Position numbers and translations under genes: made by a program
Shown here: one piece after another, positions 1 to 8,128 of the stretch
How the letters are laid out: each line of letters starts with the position of its first letter
Position numbering within the stretch: position 1 is the stretch's first letter
Assembly (NCBI GenBank): GCA_038046425.1
Contig: JBBSWG010000056.1
Location: forward strand, 1 to 42,603
DNA length: 42,603 nucleotides
From: Nanobdellota archaeon
Lineage (GTDB): Archaea; Nanobdellota; Nanobdellia; Woesearchaeales; GW2011-AR9
Direction: 5' to 3'
The notes under the pieces: model-generated
What the model saw: only the letters and a program-made list of their open reading frames with translations
Told to the model about the DNA's origin: nothing
The model's database searches: none

Positions 1-179
1 AACTACAAAAACCTTACGCCACCGTTCCTAGAACGGTGGAAACACGGAATTGTAAAATGATGTCCCTAAAGCCCTCACTGTTTTTGATCACAAGACGATG
101 ACCGATACCCCTTATTATCAACAGGAATAAAATAAGAGGGGTGGCTAATAAACATCATTCATTTATATAATAAGAACGC

Positions 180-287
180 CTACGCTGCTGCCATCTTCCT
201 TCTACGCTTTTCCTTCTTGATGCGCTTGCGCTGCCACTTCCAGCGCATCTGCCCTTTCTTCTTCCAGCGGCGGGAACTGCGTTTCAT
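180..287 (-). CDS. rpl41e: 50S ribosomal protein L41e (35 aa, extremely basic)
   Basis: Not in the ORF track (<60 aa). Reverse-strand ATG at 287 and TAG at 180-182. It translates to MKRSSRRWKKKGQMRWKWQRKRIKKEKRRRKMAAA, which matches the archaeal L41e RRWKKKG-MRWKW-KR signature as I remember it. A TTTATAAA box at 311-318 lies about 24 nt upstream. Confidence 0.65.
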   Translation of the reverse strand: MKRSSRRWKKKGQMRWKWQRKRIKKEKRRRKMAAA

Positions 288-321
288 AGCCTACTGAAAT
301 ATAGAGCTGGTTTATAAATAT

Positions 322-429
322 TTACTTCTGGTAGAGCTCTGTTTCTGGATGAAAGGCATACCAAGCGAACCACATCTCCCGCTCTTTGGCGATTTCTCCA
401 CCTGTTTCCAGGTTAGTGATTTTTACCAT
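322..429 (-). CDS. hypothetical small protein (35 aa from the ATG; a GTG at 450 would give 42 aa)
   Basis: Reverse-strand ORF MVKITNLETGGEIAKEREMWFAWYAFHPETELYQK, co-oriented with rpl41e and directly upstream of it. I prefer it over the overlapping +strand ORF 349..570, whose product looks compositionally random. No family recognised. Confidence 0.25.
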   Translation of the reverse strand: MVKITNLETGGEIAKEREMWFAWYAFHPETELYQK

Positions 430-544
430 TCCCGTATTATCCCGTTCCACCTTGACTTTAACTCTACCGACCAAAAGGTTAAAGAAGGAGTGTTTTCTTC
501 TCTCCGATTGTTAAGCTATTACCAAGCCAGTTATTACCTAGGGG

Positions 545-958
545 GTGAATTCCATGGAAGATGCAAATAAATATGTAAATAGCAAATATGGTCCGACCAT
601 ACTGCGGGTAGTATTGGGGCTGTTGTTTATCTTACCGGGACTGAATAAGCTTGCTAACCCCGGGATGATCATCGGCATGCTGGGACAGTTAGGCTTTCCG
701 GCAGCGGGATTGTTTGGCTGGATATTGCTGTTGTCAGAGATTCTTTTTGGAGCAGCAGTATTGGTAGGATGGAAACTGCGCTATACGGTCTGGCCGCTGG
801 TGGTAGTGTTGGCAGTAGCGACCTTGCTCGTAGGTTTACCAGCCTTAGCCAAAGATCCCATGGCTATGATTAACATCAGCTTCCATCTGTTAGGAATAGC
901 GGCTTTGATTAGCCTATACTTAACCGGCGCGGGAGCAATGGCGGTGAAACAGGATTAA
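545..958 (+). CDS. DoxX-family integral membrane protein
   Basis: ORF-track product has about 4 hydrophobic helices. LRVVLGLLFILPGLNKL and SEILFGAAVLVGW resemble the DoxX pattern. The start could instead be the internal Met at 554. Confidence 0.55.
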   Translation: MNSMEDANKYVNSKYGPTILRVVLGLLFILPGLNKLANPGMIIGMLGQLGFPAAGLFGWILLLSEILFGAAVLVGWKLRYTVWPLVVVLAVATLLVGLPALAKDPMAMINISFHLLGIAALISLYLTGAGAMAVKQD

Positions 959-1088
959 TTTTTTTATTTTTTTTCTCATTGTAAATAGCTTAGGAGAGTC
1001 AAAAACTTTTGCGAACATGGTGGAAACACCTTCTTTATGAATGTCCACCATCTCAACCTTTATAAATTTTAAGCCTTTCTGTCGGCAA

Positions 1089-2876
1089 ATGCCCTTCCGC
1101 AAACGAATAGCCGTCATCGACCGCGATAAATGTCATCCGCAAGAGTGTGGTAACTATCTCTGCGCTAAGCTCTGCCCCGTCAACCGGGCCGGAGCTGACT
1201 GCATCTATCCCGGCGATGATACGGGTAAGAAAGCCCGGATTGATGAATTTCTCTGCACCGGCTGCGGCATCTGCCCCGCGCGCTGCCCGTTTGGCGCCAT
1301 AACCATCATCAACCTTCCCAGCCAGTTGGATAAGCCGCCGGTCTATCGTTATGGCGAAAACCTGTTTGAGCTTTACTCGCTTCCTACCCCTCTGTTTGGT
1401 TCGGTAACCGGCATCCTGGGAAAAAATGGTATAGGCAAATCTACCGCTTTGAAGATTCTCGCTAATCTTATTAAACCTAATCTGGGAAAATGGAACAACC
1501 CGCCGGAATTCAAGGAAGTCTTGCAATATTTCCGGGGGACGGAACTGCAACGATTTCTGGAAAAGTCGCAGCGGAACGAAGTTTCCCTATCCTATAAGCC
1601 ACAGCAGGTGGATCTGATTCCTAAGCAGTATTCTGGCTCCGTTCGCGAGTTGCTGCAGCGTATTGCTAAAAATGGGAGATTGGAGAAAGTAACCGAGCAA
1701 TTACAATTGGACCCTTTCCTCGACAATCCCCTCTCTCAAATTTCCGGCGGGGAATTGCAAAAAGTAGCAATTGCTGCCGCTGCCCTTAAAGATGCGAACA
1801 TCTACCTCTTTGATGAGCCTACTTCCTATTTAGACATCAAGCAACGCCTGCAGACCTCTAACTTCATCCGCTCGCTGGCCAGCCAGGATTTAGTAGGAAA
1901 AGAGACGGCCGTCCTGGCCATCGAGCACGATTTAATCATCTTAGATTACCTGACGGATTTCCTAAACATCATGTATGGCCATGAAGGAGCCTATGGTGTC
2001 GTCTCGGGAGTAAAATCATCACGCGAAGGAATTAATACCTTTCTGGACGGTTACCTGCGGGAAGAAAATGTCCGTTTTCGTGATCATCCTATCAAATTCG
2101 AGAAAGTGCAGGAGCGCCAGCGGGGAAAAGCAGTGCCGTTATTAACCTGGAAGAACGTGGAGAAGAAATTGGGTAATTTCCAGCTGCGCACCCAGGAAGG
2201 AATTCTCAATAAGAATGAAATCGTCGGCATCTTGGGTGAAAATGGCATCGGTAAAACGTCTTTTGTGAAGATTGTTGCCGGGCTGCTGCCACCAGATAAT
2301 GGATTTATCGACAAGGAAATTAAAGTTTCTTATAAGCCGCAGTATTTAGAGACGGATTCCGGACAGCTCGTGGCAGAATTTTTACCGGAAGCAGTCCATA
2401 AATATACCAACCAGTTAATTGCCCCGCTGGGGATTGAAGCTTTACTAGCGAGAAAATTGAATCAGTTGTCCGGTGGTGAATTACAACGGGTAGCGATTGC
2501 CCGCTGCTTGTCCCAGGAGGCTCAGCTCTTCCTGCTGGATGAGCCTTCCGCTTATCTGGATGTGGAACAGCGATTGATCGTCTCGAAGGTGATCAAGCAT
2601 GTGGCCCAGGAACGCGAGGTAACGATCTTAGTCGTGGATCATGATTTGATGTTTATTGATTACGTATCGGACCGGTTGATCGTGATTACGGGCGAACCGG
2701 CCCGGCAAGGCTTGCTGCAGGGGCCTTTCTGGATGGAAGAGGGGATGAACTTGTTTCTGCAGGAGTTGGGGATTACGCTGCGTCGTGATCAGCAGAGCCA
2801 TCGTCCCCGGATCAATAAGGTGGGCAGCGTGAAAGACCGCGAGCAGCGGGAACAGAATAAGTGGTATTATAGCTAA
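1089..2876 (+). CDS. abcE1: ABCE1 / RNase L inhibitor-type ribosome-recycling ATPase (N-terminal 2x 4Fe-4S plus two ABC domains)
   Basis: IAVIDRDKCHPQECGNYLCAKLCP and CTGCGICPARCPFGAI are the Fe-S motifs. There are two Walker A sites (GKNGIGKST, GENGIGKTS) and two LSGGELQ signatures. I trimmed the start to the Met at 1089 (MPFRKRIAVID), since the track ORF begins 48 nt upstream. Confidence 0.95.
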   Translation: MPFRKRIAVIDRDKCHPQECGNYLCAKLCPVNRAGADCIYPGDDTGKKARIDEFLCTGCGICPARCPFGAITIINLPSQLDKPPVYRYGENLFELYSLPTPLFGSVTGILGKNGIGKSTALKILANLIKPNLGKWNNPPEFKEVLQYFRGTELQRFLEKSQRNEVSLSYKPQQVDLIPKQYSGSVRELLQRIAKNGRLEKVTEQLQLDPFLDNPLSQISGGELQKVAIAAAALKDANIYLFDEPTSYLDIKQRLQTSNFIRSLASQDLVGKETAVLAIEHDLIILDYLTDFLNIMYGHEGAYGVVSGVKSSREGINTFLDGYLREENVRFRDHPIKFEKVQERQRGKAVPLLTWKNVEKKLGNFQLRTQEGILNKNEIVGILGENGIGKTSFVKIVAGLLPPDNGFIDKEIKVSYKPQYLETDSGQLVAEFLPEAVHKYTNQLIAPLGIEALLARKLNQLSGGELQRVAIARCLSQEAQLFLLDEPSAYLDVEQRLIVSKVIKHVAQEREVTILVVDHDLMFIDYVSDRLIVITGEPARQGLLQGPFWMEEGMNLFLQELGITLRRDQQSHRPRINKVGSVKDREQREQNKWYYS

Positions 2877-2959
2877 GCGAGATTAATTTTTCAGAAGTCC
2901 TGAAAACAATGCGAAAGATTTAAATATACCCAAGTATACCTAAGTAAACTGTGAGCGTT

Positions 2960-3202
2960 ATGGACATTGCTACAACCATTAAAATTCATGAGGAAACGAA
3001 ACTAGAACTGGACCAATTTCGGGAATATAAAAATGAGAGTTACGATGAAGTTATCAAGAAAGTGGTATTCATCGCAAAAACCTGCAAGACGGAACCAGAA
3101 CTTAGCCAGGAAACAATCCAAGCCATCGAAAAAGCACGGGAAAGAATAAAAAAGGGAAAATTCTTTACCGAAGCCGAGGCACGAAGGAGGCTGGGGTTGT
3201 AA
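2960..3202 (+). CDS. putative type II antitoxin (small helical/RHH-like protein)
   Basis: 80-aa product from the ATG at 2960 (the track starts at a GTG at 2951). Its stop overlaps the ATG of a RelE/ParE-like fragment (TAATG at 3200-3204), which is classic toxin-antitoxin coupling. Confidence 0.45.
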   Translation: MDIATTIKIHEETKLELDQFREYKNESYDEVIKKVVFIAKTCKTEPELSQETIQAIEKARERIKKGKFFTEAEARRRLGL

Positions 3203-3300
3203 TGTACGAGGTCATCTTCGATGAGGAAGCCATAGAAACACTTAACAAGCTTCCAAGAGAAATAAAAGAACGAATCTTCAATAAAATTATTTCCACATAA
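3202..3300 (+). pseudogene. truncated RelE/ParE-family toxin (N-terminal 32 codons only)
   Basis: MYEVIFDEEAIETLNKLPREIKERIFNKIIST followed by a stop. This has the typical RelE/ParE N-terminus (..A...L..LP....RI..KI) but only about one third of the normal length. Confidence 0.45.
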
Positions 3301-3316
3301 GAACTTAGATTAACCT

Positions 3317-3967
3317 CTACACCAAATACTGAACCACTGCCCCCAATGAGCTGCCCTTGACCACATAATGGGCAATTTTCTCTAGCTCTGCCGACTGCGG
3401 ATTAAAGGCGATGGCTAACCCCACTTCCTGAAATGCTTCGATGTCCGTTTCACTGTCACCAATGTAGATGCACTCTTTCCCAGAAATCCCTAAATCTTTA
3501 CAGAGATGGCGGATAATTTCTGCTTTCTTATGTTTTCCTGCTCCTACCGGCCAGATGAATTCACCTAAAACTCTCCCGTCTCTGATTACCAGTTCATTGG
3601 CAAAGATATGATCCACACCATAATCATGCTGTACTCTTCTTGCGGCCTCAATGCTCGAAGCGCTGATGATGGCAGTGATGTGGTCCTTCCGCTTGATGCG
3701 ACGGAATACTGTTTCCACACCCGGCAGATACTCTAAAGAATTGACGAGATCATAGTAAGGTTTAGCATCTTTTCCTTTCCACAGCTTGACCACGACCTCT
3801 TCCACCAGTTTATCATAATTGCCATGCAGGTATTTCTTAGTCAGTTCCTTCCCCTACTCTAATGTGCCAAACTTTTTATGCAGCTCCATCCAGAAGTTGA
3901 TGTCTTTAAAGATCACGCCGTCCAGGTCGAAGCAGATAAGTTTGTAGGAGTTTACACTCTTAACCAT
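3317..3967 (-). pseudogene. HAD-IB (phosphoserine-phosphatase-like) hydrolase interrupted by one in-frame TAG
   Basis: The track ORF (3317..3805) carries the HAD motif III/IV region (KHKKAEII, IGDSETDIEAF). The upstream same-frame sequence from the ATG at 3967 encodes MVKSVNSYKLICFDLDGVIF.. (catalytic DxDG motif I). The two parts are separated by a single TAG at 3854-3856 (codon 38). Confidence 0.7.
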
Positions 3968-4057
3968 TTTTTATGATTCCTCGTTATTACCCTTCAAACA
4001 AGGAAAGCAATATAAACTTTCCTCTCTTCTCTCACCTAAAAAGAGGTGTAGTGGACA

Positions 4058-6850
4058 GTGAATAGAATAGGAAGAGTTATTGGTGGTGGTAGTTTGCTTA
4101 GCCTGCTGGTTATCCTTCTTCTTGCCTGGTTTGCTGCTGCCGATGAGGAAGTCCACAATATTACGATGTCCGTACGCAATAGCACTTATAGCCTGGTGGG
4201 GGGAGCGAATCTAACCCTCTTCCAGTATGATCCCGTAACCCTTACTGAGACTCTGGTTGCGACCAATGTCACCGATGGAAATGGGACTGCCCTGTTGCTT
4301 AATGTCAATGACACTACTACCGTTCTCTACTACTTTGATGTCCGCATTTACCATAACGGCACCAGCAATGGCAATACTACCGAAATAAATATTCGCGGCA
4401 CGCCCCTGCCCGGCATAAAATTCAATACCTCCCTGCCGCTGGATGCCAATACTTCCACTATCTATACCGTTCCCGCCATCCGCATCAATTTGTCCGCCGT
4501 GAACAATACCGGGGAACATACTAATTTTTCCTATGTGGTGCTGCCTACTTCATTATCATCTAAAATTCCAATTGCCACGCGCCTGGCTGCCGGCCCCGCG
4601 GCAGAATTATATCTTCCCTATCAGCTCAATTACAGCTTTTTCTTTTTCTTTCAGTCTAATATTACGGCTGCGCCCACGACCCCGCCAAGCCAAGTTTTGT
4701 TTACCAACTTTACCACCTATCAACAACAGAGCACTATTTACATCCAAGATAATCTCACGCGCACGAACATTTCCTTGAGCGGCTACATCACCATAACCGG
4801 AAATACCACTCCTGCCAATTGGTCTCAAACCAGAAACTTGGCGCAGGTGTTCGCTATCGTCAGTTCTGCCGGAGGAACAGCTAAAGGCCTTATTCCTCCC
4901 GTGGGAAATATGAGCACGACTTGGCTGGTTAACTCCACTTGGTTTTATAATGTCACGCTTCCGGCTTCCCGCGCGGGCATTCCCATTTTGGCCAGCCTGC
5001 ATACGGAAAATAGCAACGGGGCCAATCCCTCCACCGAATGGTATGCCGGCTATCAGAATATTACCGCCGTCACGGGCCGGGAACTCAGTTGGAATTTTAC
5101 CCTGACGCGGTTGACAGGAACAAATGCCCGGGAGAATGTAACCGGGGTAAACGCCAGCTACTTCCAGGTAAATCTTATTGATGGAGACAGTGCTGATGCC
5201 GCAGTTACTTCCGCTTTCTGTGAAGTAACCGCCGAAGCCGCAGCCGCGGGTGACGGTACGAACCTGGAAATAAGCCGGATGATTACGGCTCCTGATGGCG
5301 ATGGAAGAATCTTTTTTCCTACCCAGCTAGGCAACTATTCTAACGCCACCGTGGAATGTTTTGCTAGCCGCTTTACCCCACTCAAAACTGAAGTTAATAC
5401 TTCTTTGAATAGCACCACCATGAACTTTACGGCCTTTACGATGCAGTCGATTTCCGCCGCCGGGACCATCAGCGATTACAGCACGGCTATCAAGCAAAGC
5501 ACAACCATCCGTGTCCTGCAGTCTACTTCAGCCTGTAATGTCTTTCATCCTGACTTAACGGCCTGCACGCTGTTCACGACTAACGCCGTGTTTGATCCGG
5601 TCCAGGTTCAGATTCCCTTCGCTACGGTCCATATTACCCTTCCGGATGGCAGTATCATCATGCTCGTGAATCAGCAGATGACAGGAAACGGTTTCGTCGC
5701 CCCCCGTTCCCGCCTGTCGGCAGGAGCAGGAACCTCCGACGGAAAAGATGTTTTTGGCTACCGCTTCGGAGCAGCCGTGCCTAAAGACATCGCCTCCCAG
5801 ATATTTATCGGCCTGCGCTATAATGAAACTGTTGAAGATTCAGGGGAAGTCAATTTTAGCCTGTCCATCCTGCGTGATGATGCCGGGCGAATAGTCTGGA
5901 ACCGTAGCGTTGATGCTGCCGCTTCCCGCCCCGCCCTGTTCTCTGATTACAATGAAACGTTATTGCAGCCAACTGGCGTGCTCGCCAGCAAGACGAACAA
6001 AAGCAAGTTGGTTTACGTGAACACGACTAATAATACTTTATGGTATAGCCTCCCTCATTTTTCTGAGTCTGAGCCGGAAGTTTCTGAGCCGGGAGTTGAA
6101 GCTGCTGCTACCGCAGCGAGAGGAGGGTCGGCTGATGGGGGCGGCGGGGGAGGAATAAGCAAAGCTGTAGGGATCTCGTTTCAGCAGGCTATTAATGGTC
6201 TGGCTAAAGGAAACAGTGCCCTCATTTCCGTAGGCAATAGTGGTTTAGCAGTGGAAACTATCTCGTTTGGCGTCACGGAATCTGTGGGAAAGTTTGTGGT
6301 AACAGTCACCAAAGAAGATCGAAGCAGCCTTCCAGCAGAAGCGCGAAGTTTTAGTGGAAAACCCTACCTCTTCCTGAAAATTGCCACGACCTTATCTGAT
6401 GTGGCTTTATCGAATCCTGCGCTCGACTTCAAAGTGCGCAAAAGTTGGCTGACAGAGAATAAAGTCAATAAAAAAGATATCGTCTTGCTGCGCTTTACTG
6501 CTGATAAGTGGAATAATTTACCAACTATTTTGGAAAAAGAGGATGACTTATTCGTATTCTACCGCGCTGAGACACCGGGTTTCAGTTACTTTGTGATTGG
6601 TGAGCGGCAATCATCGCTTCCTTCCGCTAAGAAAGAAATCGAGCAACCGGAACCAGCAGCTGCTGTAGAGCAGCCAGTTTCCGTCGAGCAGAGTTCACTT
6701 CCCCGAGAGGAAATCGGGAGGGAAGAGTTGGAAAGAGAACAGCAGCCGCCGGAAGAAAAACAACAGAGGGCACCATGGTGGCTGGCCGCTGTCCTGGTAG
6801 TGATTGGTATTATTGTTGGCTGGTTCTATGCCTTCCAGAGGAAGAAATGA
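4058..6850 (+). CDS. large secreted cell-surface (S-layer-like) glycoprotein with a PGF-pre-PGF domain and C-terminal TM anchor
   Basis: GTG start preceded by GAGGTG. There is an N-terminal signal/TM segment (LLSLLVILLLAWFAAA) and roughly 40 N-x-S/T sequons by eye. It has a PGF-pre-PGF-like segment ending ETPGFSYFVIGE, an E/P/Q-rich linker, and a C-terminal helix APWWLAAVLVVIGIIVGWFYAF followed by QRKK. Confidence 0.85.
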   Translation: MNRIGRVIGGGSLLSLLVILLLAWFAAADEEVHNITMSVRNSTYSLVGGANLTLFQYDPVTLTETLVATNVTDGNGTALLLNVNDTTTVLYYFDVRIYHNGTSNGNTTEINIRGTPLPGIKFNTSLPLDANTSTIYTVPAIRINLSAVNNTGEHTNFSYVVLPTSLSSKIPIATRLAAGPAAELYLPYQLNYSFFFFFQSNITAAPTTPPSQVLFTNFTTYQQQSTIYIQDNLTRTNISLSGYITITGNTTPANWSQTRNLAQVFAIVSSAGGTAKGLIPPVGNMSTTWLVNSTWFYNVTLPASRAGIPILASLHTENSNGANPSTEWYAGYQNITAVTGRELSWNFTLTRLTGTNARENVTGVNASYFQVNLIDGDSADAAVTSAFCEVTAEAAAAGDGTNLEISRMITAPDGDGRIFFPTQLGNYSNATVECFASRFTPLKTEVNTSLNSTTMNFTAFTMQSISAAGTISDYSTAIKQSTTIRVLQSTSACNVFHPDLTACTLFTTNAVFDPVQVQIPFATVHITLPDGSIIMLVNQQMTGNGFVAPRSRLSAGAGTSDGKDVFGYRFGAAVPKDIASQIFIGLRYNETVEDSGEVNFSLSILRDDAGRIVWNRSVDAAASRPALFSDYNETLLQPTGVLASKTNKSKLVYVNTTNNTLWYSLPHFSESEPEVSEPGVEAAATAARGGSADGGGGGGISKAVGISFQQAINGLAKGNSALISVGNSGLAVETISFGVTESVGKFVVTVTKEDRSSLPAEARSFSGKPYLFLKIATTLSDVALSNPALDFKVRKSWLTENKVNKKDIVLLRFTADKWNNLPTILEKEDDLFVFYRAETPGFSYFVIGERQSSLPSAKKEIEQPEPAAAVEQPVSVEQSSLPREEIGREELEREQQPPEEKQQRAPWWLAAVLVVIGIIVGWFYAFQRKK

Positions 6851-6964
6851 AAATCCCAATCGCCCCAAGGGGCGGGGTATCTTATTAGTTGGGATTTTCA
6901 ATGTTGCAAATACCCTTGAATGGTTTTTCAACCCAACCACCTCAAGAAGTGGGGTATTTGCAAC
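6849..6964. other. two strong hairpins immediately after the surface-protein stop codon
   Basis: GAAAATCCCAA (6849-6859) pairs with TTGGGATTTTC (6889-6899), with an inner CGCCCC/GGGGCG stem. GTTGCAAATACCC (6903-6915) pairs with GGGTATTTGCAAC (6952-6964). Their function (terminator, processing site or sRNA) is unknown. Confidence 0.4.
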
Positions 6965-7017
6965 AAATAAAAGTATCAGAAACATTTAAATAAAGAGGCG
7001 CCTTGTTGAGAAGCAGC

Positions 7018-7182
7018 ATGAATAAAAGAGCAGGTATATCTACCGGATTACTCGTTAAATTAATAGGAGCAGTAGTCGGCTCTATCGGATTTTTCTTTGC
7101 CGCTTTTGGCCGGACTATCGTAGGAGCTGCGTTTATCGGCTTAGGCGGGGTCTTACTTGCTCTCGGTGAGAAGGTAGGATAA
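7018..7182 (+). CDS. small membrane protein (54 aa)
   Basis: Below the ORF-track cutoff. ATG at 7018. Product MNKRAGISTGLLVKLIGAVVGSIGFFFAAFGRTIVGAAFIGLGGVLLALGEKVG has two Gly-rich hydrophobic helices. The next ORF starts 1 nt after its stop. Confidence 0.4.
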   Translation: MNKRAGISTGLLVKLIGAVVGSIGFFFAAFGRTIVGAAFIGLGGVLLALGEKVG

Positions 7183-7183
7183 G

Positions 7184-7336
7184 ATGGTGGAAACACTTTT
7201 TGTAGGGAGAATAGTAGGAGCAGCTTTACTTTCAGTAGCCCTTTTCATCTCCGCCTTGGTAAAAAAGAATGCTCTGATCTCCGTGGTCATTATTATCCTA
7301 GGGATAGCTCTGTTCATTTTGCTGGGTGGGAATTAG
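7184..7336 (+). CDS. small membrane protein (50 aa)
   Basis: Product MVETLFVGRIVGAALLSVALFISALVKKNALISVVIIILGIALFILLGGN has two helices and is tightly coupled to the preceding mini-ORF. Confidence 0.4.
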   Translation: MVETLFVGRIVGAALLSVALFISALVKKNALISVVIIILGIALFILLGGN

Positions 7337-7409
7337 CATTCGTGCCAGCGTAATAAACAAATACTCCAGAATATAAAAGTTTAAATAAGTGTTTCTCTTG
7401 ACTTAAACT

Positions 7410-7742
7410 ATGGCCGAAAGATATGTAAGTTACCACTTTCATATGAATGAACAGCGAAAGTCTGAAGACGATTTAAAGTTTGCTACCGCCGAAAAAATGA
7501 TGGATGCTTTAGAAAGCCTTTGCCAGGAAGGAGTACAATTAGAAAGAGAGATTAATAATGTTCCTCTGGTGGGGGGAGTAAAGGTATTATCCTTAGTGGG
7601 AAATGCCGTCGTGAAAAATAAAACCAGTGGTGTCGCACCCTACTGTCAGACTGAAATCATCTGTCAAGGGATGCCGACCAGTAATATTGTAGAACGGTAC
7701 CGGGAATTTTATCGTGCAGATCCGAGTTTGATACATTTTTGA
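7410..7742 (+). CDS. hypothetical protein (110 aa)
   Basis: ORF track. An A/T-rich box (ATATAAAAGTTTAAATA) lies about 25-35 nt upstream. No family recognised. Confidence 0.45.
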   Translation: MAERYVSYHFHMNEQRKSEDDLKFATAEKMMDALESLCQEGVQLEREINNVPLVGGVKVLSLVGNAVVKNKTSGVAPYCQTEIICQGMPTSNIVERYREFYRADPSLIHF

Positions 7743-7802
7743 ACAATTAAGAACTTAATTCCACAGTAATGGGGATACTAACTTCTTTAAGTGTTCTTTT
7801 CT

Positions 7803-8120
7803 TCACGTCAAAATGAGGGCGGACCACCGGTCATAGACCGGTGGCATGCTCGCTTCGCTCGCCGCCCGCCCCATTTTGAGCGTGCTCAAAAATATACCGC
7901 CTAGAATTTCGCAGGTGGACTTTGTCCACCAGTCAATAGACTGGTGGTATATTTTTGACACATTAAAGATAGCCACACCCAGAACTTCAGGAGTATTTTG
8001 ACCCTTTCGTTCGAAAACACCGTCCTCAAGCTCCTCATAATACCCTTCTCGTGGTTCTCCTACCTGGAGCTCTAAATAATCTCCCGCTTCATCATAATAT
8101 AAGTGAAGGTTGCCTTTCAT
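7803..8120 (-). CDS. DUF2283-family protein whose 3' third is supplied by a MITE-like insertion
   Basis: The N-terminal 53 aa (MKGNLHLYYDEAGDYLELQV...VLGVAIFNV) fit the DUF2283 pattern (YDxEADxLYIxL ... GIEIxN). The remaining ~51 codons lie entirely inside repeat copy A (7807-7960) and end 2 nt beyond it. Confidence 0.6.
   Translation of the reverse strand: MKGNLHLYYDEAGDYLELQVGEPREGYYEELEDGVFERKGQNTPEVLGVAIFNVSKIYHQSIDWWTKSTCEILGGIFLSTLKMGRAASEASMPPVYDRWSALILT
7807..7960 (-). mobile_element. MITE-like structured repeat, copy A (154 nt, inverted relative to copy B)
   Basis: The reverse complement aligns end to end with 12502-12659. By manual alignment there are 6 substitutions (all transitions) and one 4-nt indel. 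Termini are TGTCAAAA...TTTTGAC(A). It contains internal hairpins CCACCAGTC-TATT-GACTGGTGG, GGTGGAC-AAA-GTCCACC and CCACCGGTC-TAT-GACCGGTGG. Confidence 0.8.
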
Positions 8121-8128
8121 TTTAGTTC

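Noticed and set aside
1017-1030. The 11-13-mer (AT)GGTGGAAACAC occurs three times (about 36-46, 1017-1030 and 7184-7197) and looked like a dispersed motif.
   Set aside because: By a rough count, a 42.6-kb window (both strands) is expected to contain tens of chance 13-mer pairs and a few 11-mer triples. The three contexts share nothing else, and two of them lie in a coding or start-codon context.
3854-3856. Reassignment of TAG to a sense codon (or pyrrolysine) as the explanation for the in-frame TAG in the HAD gene.
   Set aside because: TAG evidently terminates several well-delimited genes here: rpl41e at 180-182, DUF99 at 8260-8262, and the CDGSH protein at 34184-34186. I saw no pyl genes or other in-frame TAGs in conserved genes.
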